Part shown: positions 1 through 10,858 of the stretch, piece by piece
Numbering within the stretch: the first letter of the stretch is position 1
How the letters are laid out: every line of letters starts with the position of its first letter
Sequence record: NC_041884.1
Length of the DNA: 64,000 bases
Reading direction: 5' to 3' (one strand)
Position numbers and translations under genes: made by a program
The notes under the pieces: generated by a model
Told to the model about the DNA's origin: nothing
The model's database searches: none
The model's input: the letters and a program-made list of their open reading frames with translations, nothing else

Positions 1-144
1 CTAGGTACAGCTGGAAATGCAACATTTGACGTGTTATTGGATTCAATGATTAAGGATATTGAATTAGTAGGTACTAGTCCAACAGGTAAAGAACTTGTAT
101 GGGAAGCTAATCTTAAAATCATTAAGAAAAATATAGGAGAATAA
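1..144 (+). CDS. 3' end of a CDS running in from the left edge (hypothetical, probably structural)
   Basis: Frame 1 is open from base 1 (LGTAGNATFDVLLDSMIK...KKNIGE) to TAA at 142-144; its GGAG serves as the RBS for the ATG at 148. Confidence 0.7.
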   Translation, partial: LGTAGNATFDVLLDSMIKDIELVGTSPTGKELVWEANLKIIKKNIGE

Positions 145-147
145 TAT

Positions 148-747
148 ATGCAGCAACTTCTAAAAGAAGTAGAGTATATAGACGGGGTGCAGGAATTCTT
201 GGAAGAGAGTTATGTGACAGAATTGTTAAGTAAATCGGAGAACACATTCGTTCTCCCTGTATCTCCTGTAGAGAGTACTATAAGGTTTTCAGGAGATACA
301 ACACTATTCAATAAACAAGTCTATAATGAAAAAGATTTAACTATAGAAGGATCTTGGTTTTTAGATGATAAGACATTAAAAATTAACCCAAACTATAGAA
401 CAAGTGAGTACACATACACATATATCACTTATAAGAGAAAGTCTGATACTAAAAAAGAAGGGTTGTTTTCAGTAGACTACACAAACGGGTATTTATATAC
501 ATCAACACCTATTAAAGATATTGTGATTGAATATAAATATGCTGTTCAGTACGTAGAAGGTCAGAAGATGACTCAAGTTAATCCTAATGAATATACTAAA
601 GACACGCTATATAGTATTCCAACAGATGAAAGAACAAGATTGAGTTTTCTTTATCAAGTTAAGAATAAGTCAAACAACAACAAGACAAAAGAGTACTATG
701 AAAATGGGAAAGTGTCTTTAGTAACACTAGGTGATAAAGATGAGTGA
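148..747 (+). CDS. hypothetical protein, possibly virion structural
   Basis: 199-aa ORF with RBS, beta-rich Tyr/Thr composition, overlapping the next gene; no motif recognised. Confidence 0.7.
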   Translation: MQQLLKEVEYIDGVQEFLEESYVTELLSKSENTFVLPVSPVESTIRFSGDTTLFNKQVYNEKDLTIEGSWFLDDKTLKINPNYRTSEYTYTYITYKRKSDTKKEGLFSVDYTNGYLYTSTPIKDIVIEYKYAVQYVEGQKMTQVNPNEYTKDTLYSIPTDERTRLSFLYQVKNKSNNNKTKEYYENGKVSLVTLGDKDE

Positions 748-2302
748 AATAGATAACAAGTTTTTCTCCACTTCTTATGGATCTATAGTAGAGAAAATAG
801 AAGATGTGGATTTAGAAACTAATAAAGGAAGAAGAGAATTAGAGCTTCTTATTAAGAATAAATTTGAGGAGAATGAAAGTTTAGTAGAAGGGACTGAAAA
901 AAGAATCGTAACAATAAATGACACGATTAAAGAAAATATAGACAAATTACAATATAAAATTAATAAAGTCGTTGAAAAGGTTAGAGGAGCGATAGTAGCT
1001 GAAAGAGGAACTACAGGTACAATATATACAACACAGATACCAATAAACAAACAACAAACGACAAACAAGACAACAACACGAATAGAAGATAATGTAGCCT
1101 TTGGAGTCCCTCTTGATTCTGAAGAATACTCTAGTACTCTTAATCTATTAAGTCTTAAGAATTTAACATTTACTAATTTGTATATTTCCTCATTAAATAA
1201 AGTAAGTACTGATAAATTAGAGAATTTTGTAATTTCTCCTAAACTTCAAACAAACCTACCTATTGAATTTACAATCAATTTAACAGGTTTAATAAGAACT
1301 TCTTCTTCATTAGTATTAGATATGGAAGAACATGGAATTATAGAAATATATAAAAATGGGAGTCTATGGAAAGAAAAATCTTTAATTAAAACCATAGTGA
1401 TTCCAGTTGATATTAATACTGTTTCTATTTCAATTCGTTCATACCCTTCTATACACAGAACAAATAGTTTGAAATTTAATAAAATTGGTTATACAGAATT
1501 AATATATGATTCTACTACATTGTTTGAAAGTAAAAACATAAATATTAATAAATCTCTATATCAATTAGCTATAGATACATGTGATAACAGTAATGACACA
1601 GCTATTCAAATTGATTACTATGTATCTATAAATGATGAGCCATACGAAGCTTTCGCTCCTGTCTCTAAAACTGATGCATTATTTAAACAAGCAATCATTA
1701 CATTAGACAAGACACAAGTCTTAACAATGTATCAGTCACCAGCAATTAAAATTAGTGAAGGTAATTATAGATTTGATATTCCAAATAATCTTCAAACTAA
1801 TTTAATAAATAAGCATGATGTCTATCTTAGAAATTATAAGAAGCTAGGAACAACTGAACTAACAATTGTTACTAAAAAAGATATAGAATTAAACACATTA
1901 GCAATAACTCAAAATACTGCTTACAAACTATATATTAATGACAAAGAAGTAACATCTGAAACATTTAATTTATATGTAGGTATTTCTAAGATAGTAGTGA
2001 TAGATAGTAATAAAGCTATAAAACCTTTAAACTTATCTTATCTTGAAACTCTTATAGGAGAAGAAAACATATACATTAGAAAACTAACTAAAGAGTTATT
2101 CACTGATTCTATTACTGGAACTAAGTACATCAGTTTAACAGTACCTGAGTTTCAAGATAGTTTTTTAAAAGAAGGTTTAGTGTTTTTCCCAGGAGTTAAA
2201 CCTAAAAAACAAATAAACACTTTAAAAATAAAAGCAGAACTAAAATCTTTAGATAAAAAGACAGTTCCTTTTATTTCTAGGATATTAGTAAGAGGTATTT
2301 AA
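740..2302 (+). CDS. hypothetical protein, possibly baseplate/virion structural
   Basis: Long ORF; the ATG at 740 is preferred over the GTG at 731; no motif recognised. Confidence 0.7.
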   Translation: MSEIDNKFFSTSYGSIVEKIEDVDLETNKGRRELELLIKNKFEENESLVEGTEKRIVTINDTIKENIDKLQYKINKVVEKVRGAIVAERGTTGTIYTTQIPINKQQTTNKTTTRIEDNVAFGVPLDSEEYSSTLNLLSLKNLTFTNLYISSLNKVSTDKLENFVISPKLQTNLPIEFTINLTGLIRTSSSLVLDMEEHGIIEIYKNGSLWKEKSLIKTIVIPVDINTVSISIRSYPSIHRTNSLKFNKIGYTELIYDSTTLFESKNININKSLYQLAIDTCDNSNDTAIQIDYYVSINDEPYEAFAPVSKTDALFKQAIITLDKTQVLTMYQSPAIKISEGNYRFDIPNNLQTNLINKHDVYLRNYKKLGTTELTIVTKKDIELNTLAITQNTAYKLYINDKEVTSETFNLYVGISKIVVIDSNKAIKPLNLSYLETLIGEENIYIRKLTKELFTDSITGTKYISLTVPEFQDSFLKEGLVFFPGVKPKKQINTLKIKAELKSLDKKTVPFISRILVRGI

Positions 2303-2303
2303 T

Positions 2304-2753
2304 ATGGCAATTAAAGAAGATTATTTTGATGGAGATGGTGTTAACACAGTATTCAAAACATCTCTTAACTATGCTATAAATACAGTGACAGCGTTTTTAG
2401 TAGGTGATACTAGTATTACACCAGTTACTGTTCAAACACTTGGAGAAGGATATATTGTACTAGATGTACCTCCTATGATAGGAGAACGATTAAAAATACA
2501 ATATACAATAGAAGGTACTCTTCCTACAGATAATAAAGAAGAGTATGACATTAAGAAGAGGATAGTTGAATTAGAAAAGGCTGTTAAAGCTCTACATGAA
2601 ACTAATATCGCTTTAACTCAAGCTTTAAATAATCGAATTAATATTTCAGCATTTCAAGCTTGGACAAGGTTAATTGAAAAGAAATTAGGAATAACGTTAG
2701 TAGATAAAAACTTAGGTTACATCAGCCAAGAGTTATATACATCAGATAAATAA
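2304..2753 (+). CDS. hypothetical protein with C-terminal coiled coil
   Basis: 149-aa ORF; N-terminus FDGDGVNTVF; heptads KRIVELEKAVKALHETNIALTQAL. Confidence 0.7.
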   Translation: MAIKEDYFDGDGVNTVFKTSLNYAINTVTAFLVGDTSITPVTVQTLGEGYIVLDVPPMIGERLKIQYTIEGTLPTDNKEEYDIKKRIVELEKAVKALHETNIALTQALNNRINISAFQAWTRLIEKKLGITLVDKNLGYISQELYTSDK

Positions 2754-3412
2754 GTAATAGATTCATTTTGTTCATCTATTTGATTTAATCGTACCATCTC
2801 TTTTTCCTTATTTAGTGTACTTGGATCATTACCATTTAAAAGAGTCTCAGATTCTAACATCGCATAATAAAGACAATGAGGAAAATGAGTATCAAAAAAT
2901 GTGACATAAGACAAATTACTCCCTGAATCATATTTATTATGAATTTTAGGATAAAAATTTCTTACAGCTATAGCAAAAGCATCCTGATAATTTCTTAATA
3001 AGAATAACCAATGCTCTTTAGTTGTAAATATTCCAGCTTTTAAAGCAAATCTAATAAACATAGAATCATGATAACCATCATATAATCTCTGTAGGCATGT
3101 ATCTAAATCATGGTACAAACTACATAAATGGAGGAAAGCTAATTCCAGTCCAGTTTGATCTGTTCTGTATAGCTTTCCTCCTTTTTCTTTTAATAAGAAC
3201 TTAGGTTTAAAAATCCAACTATGAGGCTGGATGTCTTTATTATGAAAATCACTAAATTGAAACTTACTGTTATAATACGCCACATTAGCGTCTGTTACAC
3301 AATTAAGAGAATCAGTAATTAAATCAAAATTTACATTGGAATTATCAACTTTTCCTAAATTTTTATTACTAGAGACTTCTCTTCTAGGTAATTTATTAAT
3401 ATTCTGATTCAT
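2717..3412 (-). CDS. hypothetical protein
   Basis: 231-aa ORF; last gene of the - strand block, 3' end overlaps the convergent + strand gene. Confidence 0.7.
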   Translation of the reverse strand: MNQNINKLPRREVSSNKNLGKVDNSNVNFDLITDSLNCVTDANVAYYNSKFQFSDFHNKDIQPHSWIFKPKFLLKEKGGKLYRTDQTGLELAFLHLCSLYHDLDTCLQRLYDGYHDSMFIRFALKAGIFTTKEHWLFLLRNYQDAFAIAVRNFYPKIHNKYDSGSNLSYVTFFDTHFPHCLYYAMLESETLLNGNDPSTLNKEKEMVRLNQIDEQNESITYLSDVYNSWLM

Positions 3413-3662
3413 CAGTTACTTCTCCATTATATAAAGTAATGAATTGATTTTTCACAATAGGATAATCATCTACAAATAAAATATTAACTCCACCAGAAGA
3501 AGATAAACTTAATGTAATCTCAACATATTCTTTATCTGAACTTATGTAGAGTCTTTGTAGAATATCCATCAATTCATTATGAGAAAGACTATTCAATTCT
3601 TGTATAGAATCTCTATCTAAGTAATATCTAACTTTAAAAGTATAGACTTCTGAATCGTTCAT
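3396..3662 (-). CDS. hypothetical protein
   Basis: 88-aa ORF packed between neighbours. Confidence 0.6.
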   Translation of the reverse strand: MNDSEVYTFKVRYYLDRDSIQELNSLSHNELMDILQRLYISSDKEYVEITLSLSSSGGVNILFVDDYPIVKNQFITLYNGEVTDESEY

Positions 3663-3664
3663 AT

Positions 3665-5542
3665 TTATCCTAAATTAATAATATTACAGTTTTCTAAATT
3701 TGAAGTGTCTTTATGAGTAATTAAAATCATTTGATATCCACTTTGTGACATAGTGTCTAAAGCTTCAGTTATATCATTAGCTACTTCTACTGGAGAAGAT
3801 GCATCAATCTCATCGCCAATAAATAAAGGCAACATACCTAAAATAATACTTTGACCTAAAGACAATCTAAATGCTAAAGAAGATAAGTCTTTTTGAGCAC
3901 CACTTTTTAAGTTAATAGCAGATCCATCTACAATTAAATCATAAGTATCAGTAATCTCAATCTTAGTCATTACACCTTTAGTCATTGTATTTAAATAATT
4001 AGAAGAATGATGATTAATTAAAGGAATAGTTTCTTTTTTAATCTTATCCGTAATTTCATTAATTTCTTTAATCATTTTAACAACAATATCATGTTCTTCA
4101 GATAATACTAGATTCTTAGATTGAGCTTCTTCATACAAAGCTAATTGAGCTAGATAAATATCTTTTTCAGTCTTTAAAGCAATATACTCACTTCTAAGAG
4201 TTGCATTAGCTTGTTGTTCTACTAATAAACTATTAATTTTAGTTTGTATTTCTTTAATCTGATCTTCTACTGCTAAATTAAATTGAATAACTTGTTCATA
4301 AGAATCTTCAGCTTCTTTCCATCTCAGATATAAGTCAGAGGCTCTCTTAATGTTTGTTGTAAGCATCTTAGGAGTCCAGTCGTATAACTCATCTGATAAT
4401 AAACAATCTTCTTGTAGTAGCTTATTATGATCTTCTATAGCTTGTGCTAAAGTACTTTCAATATTTTTTATCTGCGTTTGAGTATCATCACTAAGATATT
4501 CCAAGTATAAACTTAAATCTTTAACAGAAAAACTATGTAACAAATGCGAAGAAGTTTTAATCTCAGATGTATCAAAAGTATGTTCGCACTTTGGACATGT
4601 TAATATTAAATCATCTAGAGAATTTACCATAACTTGATTTAAGGCAGCATTAACTTCTTTTACATCTAAAATTTTAGAAGTTAATAAGTCTTTATTAACA
4701 CCTTTTAACAAAGATCGTTTTTGATCTCTAAGACTATCAATAGTATCTAACAACTGAAAGTGAGTGTTAAGTTTTACAATTAAGGCTTCTTCTTGTTCTT
4801 TAGTAATTTGTGAAAGTTTTAAATCAACCTCTGACAAAGGACTAAGACGAGTAACTGAAGGCTTTTTAGTAGAACGAATTTGGTCTAATTCTGAATAAAG
4901 ATCTTTAAGAGCTGTATAGTCTTCTTTTAAATTATTAAGTAGTTCATCATAATCAATATCTAAATTCACTTTAGAAGAGATTTTTGGTTTTACAAGCATA
5001 TCCCTCAAAGTATCCATACCAACTTTTAATTCTTTTCTCTTAACATTTAGCCAATCTGTTAATTCCTTAGCATCCTCAATACCAGATACTTTATCAATAA
5101 ATTGAAGTCTTTTAGCTGGAGTTAATTCAGAGAAATATTGTAGTTTACCTTGTTGACAATAGTTACTTAATAGGTAGATATTATAATCATAGCCTAATAT
5201 TGAGATAATCTTATTATTAACAGTTGTAGTAGAATTAGCAATCTCTTTAAATACACCATTCTCTAATCTATTTAAAGAGGCATCGTTAGTTTTCCTCTTA
5301 ATCAAAAACGTATCATTTAAATAATTAAACTGTAACTCAACATATAAGCCTTTATAGGTAGTAGCCTTTCCTCGTAATGAACATGTCCCAAAGAAAGCAA
5401 AACCAATCATTTCAATTAATTCAGATTTTCCACTTCCATAGTTACCAATAATATAGTTACGACCAGGTTTAAAATCTACTCTAGTATCTTTATGAGCAAA
5501 AGAATTCTTAATGATAATATAATCTATTACTTGACTAGTCAT
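3665..5542 (-). CDS. SbcC/Rad50/T4 gp46-like recombination ATPase
   Basis: Walker A GNYGSGKS, coiled coils with central CPKC zinc hook, signature-like KSGAQK, Walker B FIGDEID. Confidence 0.93.
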   Translation of the reverse strand: MTSQVIDYIIIKNSFAHKDTRVDFKPGRNYIIGNYGSGKSELIEMIGFAFFGTCSLRGKATTYKGLYVELQFNYLNDTFLIKRKTNDASLNRLENGVFKEIANSTTTVNNKIISILGYDYNIYLLSNYCQQGKLQYFSELTPAKRLQFIDKVSGIEDAKELTDWLNVKRKELKVGMDTLRDMLVKPKISSKVNLDIDYDELLNNLKEDYTALKDLYSELDQIRSTKKPSVTRLSPLSEVDLKLSQITKEQEEALIVKLNTHFQLLDTIDSLRDQKRSLLKGVNKDLLTSKILDVKEVNAALNQVMVNSLDDLILTCPKCEHTFDTSEIKTSSHLLHSFSVKDLSLYLEYLSDDTQTQIKNIESTLAQAIEDHNKLLQEDCLLSDELYDWTPKMLTTNIKRASDLYLRWKEAEDSYEQVIQFNLAVEDQIKEIQTKINSLLVEQQANATLRSEYIALKTEKDIYLAQLALYEEAQSKNLVLSEEHDIVVKMIKEINEITDKIKKETIPLINHHSSNYLNTMTKGVMTKIEITDTYDLIVDGSAINLKSGAQKDLSSLAFRLSLGQSIILGMLPLFIGDEIDASSPVEVANDITEALDTMSQSGYQMILITHKDTSNLENCNIINLG

Positions 5543-6648
5543 ACAGAATCCTTATAAGTTTTATCTAAAAATGTACTTAATATGTTATCTAAAAAATCAC
5601 TATGATTTGTGTTAGCTTCTTTAAAATTCTCTACCAATTCAATAAAAGAATGTTGAAACGTCTTAGTCTCATCTTCATTGATCTGTACAGTCTTATCTTC
5701 ACTTTGTTTTACAACAACCTTTCCTATGTTCTTATAAGTCAAACTAAGGCATTCAAAAGGTTCAGGAATTGTATCATCAGTATCTAATAAAATTCTAACA
5801 TTAGTATTTTTGAGACTGTCTTTATCTTTCTTTAATTTCTTTTCTAATTCACCAACTGTAGTAGTAAGGTATAAATCTCTTTCAGTATGCATTTCTTCAC
5901 TAAAAGCATAAGGCTGCATACTGCCAGTAACATAAATAGGAACACTATCTATAGAAGTTAAAGTAGGTTTATGTTCATGCCCAGTAACAACTAAATCAAA
6001 ATTCATTAGAATGCTTTTAGGAATATGGCGATCAATGAAGTGGTCACCACCAAAATTAGAGACTTCCCAATGACCAAAAGCTACTTTATACATCATATCT
6101 TTATACTTATAAAAGTTAGGCCTTTCTTCATCTAATGCCATAAATGGATTATAATGTGAGAAATATAATAAAAGATTTTTAGTAGCCTTAATAGGCTCCA
6201 TATAAGAAGAAACAATACTAATATTTTTAAATTTACTAGAATTTGTTAAAAAATATTTTTCTAATAACTGGAAACTACTAACTCGTGATGTATCTTTAGA
6301 CATATCATGATTTCCACTAAGAACTATATACTTAGTATTAGGATTCTCTTTACTAGCTTGCTCAATTGAGTCTATACAATAATTTAAGCAACTATTAGAT
6401 ACCCTTACTTTATCAAAGAGATCTCCAACAATGACACAGTAGTCTGCTTTTCTTTTAAGTAGATCTTGAAACTGATTCTGAATCATTTGCTCTCTTTCAC
6501 CTAATCGATGCTTGGGAACTCCAGTTCTAAATACTCTTCCTAAGTGAACATCACCTATTACACTTAAAGTAATCCCATCAATAACAAACAAAGGATTTCT
6601 CTTATCATTTGTTCTAATGTACCCTTTAATATAATTTTTTAATAACAT
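5539..6648 (-). CDS. SbcD/Mre11/T4 gp47-like nuclease subunit
   Basis: Metallophosphoesterase motifs GDVHLG, GDLFD, GNHD, GHEH; adjacent to the SbcC-like gene. Confidence 0.92.
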   Translation of the reverse strand: MLLKNYIKGYIRTNDKRNPLFVIDGITLSVIGDVHLGRVFRTGVPKHRLGEREQMIQNQFQDLLKRKADYCVIVGDLFDKVRVSNSCLNYCIDSIEQASKENPNTKYIVLSGNHDMSKDTSRVSSFQLLEKYFLTNSSKFKNISIVSSYMEPIKATKNLLLYFSHYNPFMALDEERPNFYKYKDMMYKVAFGHWEVSNFGGDHFIDRHIPKSILMNFDLVVTGHEHKPTLTSIDSVPIYVTGSMQPYAFSEEMHTERDLYLTTTVGELEKKLKKDKDSLKNTNVRILLDTDDTIPEPFECLSLTYKNIGKVVVKQSEDKTVQINEDETKTFQHSFIELVENFKEANTNHSDFLDNILSTFLDKTYKDSV

Positions 6649-6673
6649 ATTATTTAATTTTTACCAATATAAT

Positions 6674-6714
6674 TATGTTGAGTGAAATAACATAAAGTCA
6701 CTCCACTCAACATA
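6674..6714. repeat. 11-bp inverted repeat (possible terminator/processing hairpin)
   Basis: tatgttgagtg (6674-6684) and cactcaacata (6704-6714) between the SSB and nuclease genes. Confidence 0.5.
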
Positions 6715-6757
6715 TACTTAATCTGTTAACTATTTAATGTAAATAATTTACAGCAGA

Positions 6758-7327
6758 TTAGAATGGTAAATCATCATCTGCTTGAGAATTAGCTGATGCA
6801 GTGTCTTCTCCAGCTTGAGCCCACTCATCCCCTCGACGTTCTACAGGAACTAAAGATTTAACAAGAATCGAATGAAGATAAGTATTCACTTGACCATTAG
6901 CTTTAGATTCACGAGTAGAAAAACGAAGATCACCAAAAGAACCGTTACCTACTAAAGTAGATGTACGATCTACTGGACGACCATCTTCAAGAAGATAAGT
7001 TTTAGGCCATGTCCAATCTGGAGTTTCTCTCCCATCGGGATAAGTAGCTTTTTGAGAGAAGCCGATAACATAATATTCATCATCTTCATTAGCAAACTCT
7101 TCTGGAGGATCGATTTTATACTTAGTACGGAACTCTTCTCCAGAGATCTCTTTGACTGTTTTATTAAGCTTTAACTTTTTAAATTCTTTAGCATCTGCTT
7201 TACTTAAACAGATAGTAACAGAGAATTTCTTAGTTAACCCAGTTGTATCAAATGGATCTTTTTGAGCTTCAGCGATTTTGGTATATAAAAAATAAACATT
7301 TTCTAATTTAACTAAATTTTGTGACAT
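6758..7327 (-). CDS. single-stranded DNA-binding protein (T7 gp2.5-like)
   Basis: 189 aa, VGNGS motif, acidic tail ending DDDLPF, directly downstream of the polymerase. Confidence 0.75.
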   Translation of the reverse strand: MSQNLVKLENVYFLYTKIAEAQKDPFDTTGLTKKFSVTICLSKADAKEFKKLKLNKTVKEISGEEFRTKYKIDPPEEFANEDDEYYVIGFSQKATYPDGRETPDWTWPKTYLLEDGRPVDRTSTLVGNGSFGDLRFSTRESKANGQVNTYLHSILVKSLVPVERRGDEWAQAGEDTASANSQADDDLPF

Positions 7328-7446
7328 AATAATCTTTTCCTTAACTATGTGTGGCGTAATAGCCTATATTTTGAGTTAATTGTAATCTAAGCAAGATATG
7401 TTTTAAGAGACTCTTGCATCTCTTCATACGGGTAAGAATATGCATA

Positions 7447-10400
7447 TTAATGACACTCTGCCCAATTTGTTCCGACGATATATTCCATACCTAAAGGAAC
7501 TCGTAAATTTAAATCTAAACAAACTCTAAAGATCTCTTGATTAATAAATTGATCCATAGTATTTGATTCACAGAAATAGTATCCTTCCTCATTGTGGCCT
7601 ACAGAGCTACTATCTTTATATTCTTTAGAGGCTGCCTTAGCTTCCTTTTCATCATCATACATATGAATTTTGAAGAAATCTTCAGGACAGTCAAATTGTG
7701 CTTCATCCAATTTTGTTATGGGTACGTCACACCCTTCTCATAGTTTCCTATGAGTTCAGACTATATCATAATCCTGATAATACAATATATCACAGGACTC
7801 CTATCGTTTTGGAGTTGAACGATTTATCTCCTACTCTACTCACTTCTACATTACTGTATGTTTTCGATAGTCGTTAGGCATTTAGAGCATATGCTCATTT
7901 AGCACGGGATTGGCATATGCATTAAATACACTTAGCTTTCCCCGTTTAGATAGGTTTTACAATACGAATTACTTCGTAAAGCCACTCTTATTAGACTAAT
8001 AATCTAATCGGATATTTCCGAATGGTACACAATCATTAAATAAACTTTTTTCTTTTCATCTTCTTCAGTATCAACTAAAGGATCACCTAGTATACCAAGT
8101 TCCTCAAGTCTTCTACAAACTCCAACAATAGTATATTTAACACAAATAGCTCCAGCAGATTGAAACAATAAGTTAATTAAACTATGTTGGCTTCTTACAA
8201 ATAATTTTCTACCATCAATACCAATAATGTATTGTTTACCAGTAGACTTCCAAAATGCTTCTACTTTATCTCTTAATTCTTTAAGGGCAGGTACAGCATC
8301 CCAATAAGCTAAGAACAATCGTTCTGACTCAGCTTTATTAATTCTTAACATCTTAGCTAATTTTGCGGCTTGCGCTCCGTACATACAAGCATAAGAGAAA
8401 GATTTGGCGTTATCTCTTGTAATATCTAACTTATTCGCATTGATACTATTACCTGTAACAGATACACAACTATGTCTACGAATAATAATATAACTAGAAG
8501 GTACAGTTACACACCATACATCTTCTTTTTCTACTTTCTCTTCAGTAATATCATTAACTGTAATTTTAAACCCATCTACATTTAAAGGAGGTTGATCCTT
8601 TAATAAAGATATAGATGTTTGATATAAGTTACTACCATTTAAATCTTTAACTATAAGAAAAGGAGAAGAGCCAGAAAGTCTTTCCATTAAAATTAAAGTA
8701 TTAATAAAATCATAATCTAACGATTGAACAATAAAACAAGATTCTTTTTTACTAAGACTAATAACTTTATCAATATTATCCTTAACAACTTGATAAGAGC
8801 TTTTCTCTAATGTTCTTTCATCATGCTCTAAGATACCATTAGCAGGAATAAAACAATTTAAATTAGTACTTAAATAATTCTTCAAATCTCTAGCTAATAT
8901 AGTGATATGGTTTTCAAGATCACGATTATATAAAACAACTCTATGATTTGCAGTAACACGTTGGCTAAGCCTATCAGTCACAATATTAATCATGACATCT
9001 TTATTAACACCTTTTATAATATCAGAAGGAGTTGTGTATGTAATAGTTTTAGTTTCACTGTTCCAATTAGCAACTAGTGATGTAGGAGTTATACTAGAGT
9101 GATCTACCCAACCATCTTTAGTCAGTATTTCTGTATCTAAAGATAAACAATGAATATCATTCGGCTTCTCCGCGATTAATGCCTCTGCTAAAGCTGCACC
9201 ATCTGAATACGGGAGAACATAATGACCCTGAATCCTTGCCTCTAATGAAGAGAAGTCAAAACCGAATTGTTTTCGGCCTGGACCACAAGAGAATAAGCTA
9301 CGCATACGGTCTCCCCCAGGAGAAGACACACGAGGAATATTACAAACAACTTTATGACGGTATCTACCGCCATTAGCACCTAATGTGTCAGCAGGCGTTC
9401 CTATTCGACCATTTTCCCTAACTTGACTAAGAAATCCTGTTAATGGATCCCCATCATCATTCTCTTTACTACCAGCAATAGAATTACGTCGATGTTTAAA
9501 TGTAAGATACTTTAATACATCTTCTACAAACTCAGCTTCTTTTCCTAAAGCTTTTAAGTTATCACAAATCTTTTTCTCAGTACCAATTCTTAACATAGGA
9601 CTAACAGGTACTTTAATACTGAATCCACCTTTTTGGGAAAGTAGGAAAGAAGCTAAAGCTCTTTCATCTTTTAATCCAAGAATATCTAATCGATGCTGCT
9701 TATAAGGTCCATTAAGAGTATTGTCAACATAACGAAGAATAGCTTCTTCCATTTTAGTTTCACTAAGTTTATGTTTTTTAGTATCTTTAGTTAGATCTCT
9801 TTCTTTCCACTCCATAGGATCCCATCCTAAGTCAAGTAAGAAAGCTTTAAGATAGTCTAAATTATCAATAGATCCAGGAATTAATTCCTTTAAACAAACT
9901 TCAGGATCAATAGGAAGAGGATATTCTCTACCCTCAAAAGTAACTATAGTTTTATCTTCATTTACTTCAGCTCCAATTCTTGTAATGAAGTTAAGCATAT
10001 GAGAAGACAAGTCTCCATTCTTCTTGATTTGAGTTTTAGGAGGTTGATACTCTTTAGCTTCCCCTTTATTAAGAGGACGAGGAGGTAAGATAGCATCTAC
10101 TTCAAGTTTAATCCTATCTAGAATCCCTTGAAAGTATTCCACAGCTTCTACAGCTTTTTCACTCTCAAAATGGAATCCTCTAAGCTCTTGAGACACAGTA
10201 AGAGACATGAGCTTAACTTCCATTCGATAAGCTTTTTCATATATCTCCCAGCCTTTATCACCCATTTCTTCTAATAAGGCAACATATATATTTGCTTGTG
10301 TAAGAGTATCTCCCTCACAATATATTACCATTTCTTCTGAATAGTTTTCAAAGTCATGGAAATCAATCTTAGGTACTCCTAGAGTTTTACCCCATGCTTC

Positions 10401-10799
10401 AACACTATGACCACCAAATCTATCTTGTTTTAAAAGTTTTGATAAAAGTAACGTATCAATAAATTTAATAGGTCGACCAAAGAGAGTATCTGTCTCTCCT
10501 TCATAACCTACACGATAATCAACAACGTTAAATAATTGAAGCATAACCATATCGTATGCAATACCATTATGAAAGATCAACTCTTCACAATCTTTTAAAA
10601 GTTCTTTAAGATTATCAGAAGTGCATTCATCTAATTTTAACGATATAACATCATCTTGATTATCAAAGTCCCTAATAGCAATACACCACAATCTTGCATG
10701 TGGCTTTAGTACCATAGGTTTTAAAGTGTAATCTAATAAGTGTTCTATGAAACCATTTGTTTCAATATCCAGAACAGCTCTTCGAAAACGTTTAGTCAT
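7447..10799 (-). CDS. polA: family A DNA polymerase with 3'-5' exonuclease; exons 10799-8022 and 7707-7447; contains an intein
   Basis: ExoI DIETNG, ExoII FHNGIAYD, motif A DFSSLEARI, motif B RDNAKSFSYACMYG. Joining CAT (8024-8022) to GAT (7707-7705) restores motif C YH-DEAQ. RBS AGGA before ATG 10799. Predicted 1012-aa precursor, 778 aa after intein removal. Confidence 0.93.
7708..8021 (-). mobile_element. ORF-less group I intron (314 nt) in polA motif C
   Basis: 5' exon ends in U, intron ends in G; IGS GUGG pairs with exon CCAU; P7 pair GACUAUC / GAUAUAGUC; P9 hairpin CUCAUAG-GAAA-CUAUGAG; removal gives an in-frame YHDE. Confidence 0.9.
8448..9149 (-). mobile_element. intein (234 aa) in DNA polymerase, no intact homing endonuclease
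   Basis: Starts CLSLDTEILTKDGW, block B TANH, block F VWCVTVPS, ends VTGN with Ser +1; removal restores DIH-SINANKLDITRDNAK, matching T7 gp5 DIHT...TRDNAK. Confidence 0.92.
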
Positions 10800-10858
10800 A
10801 ATTTTCCTAAAATTGCACAATCAGTCAGCGAAAGAATGTACATGATTTATATTTATTA

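Noticed and set aside
7447-7710. Independent 87-aa gene starting at TTG 7710
   Set aside because: It is polA exon 2; the TTG is the end of the intron.
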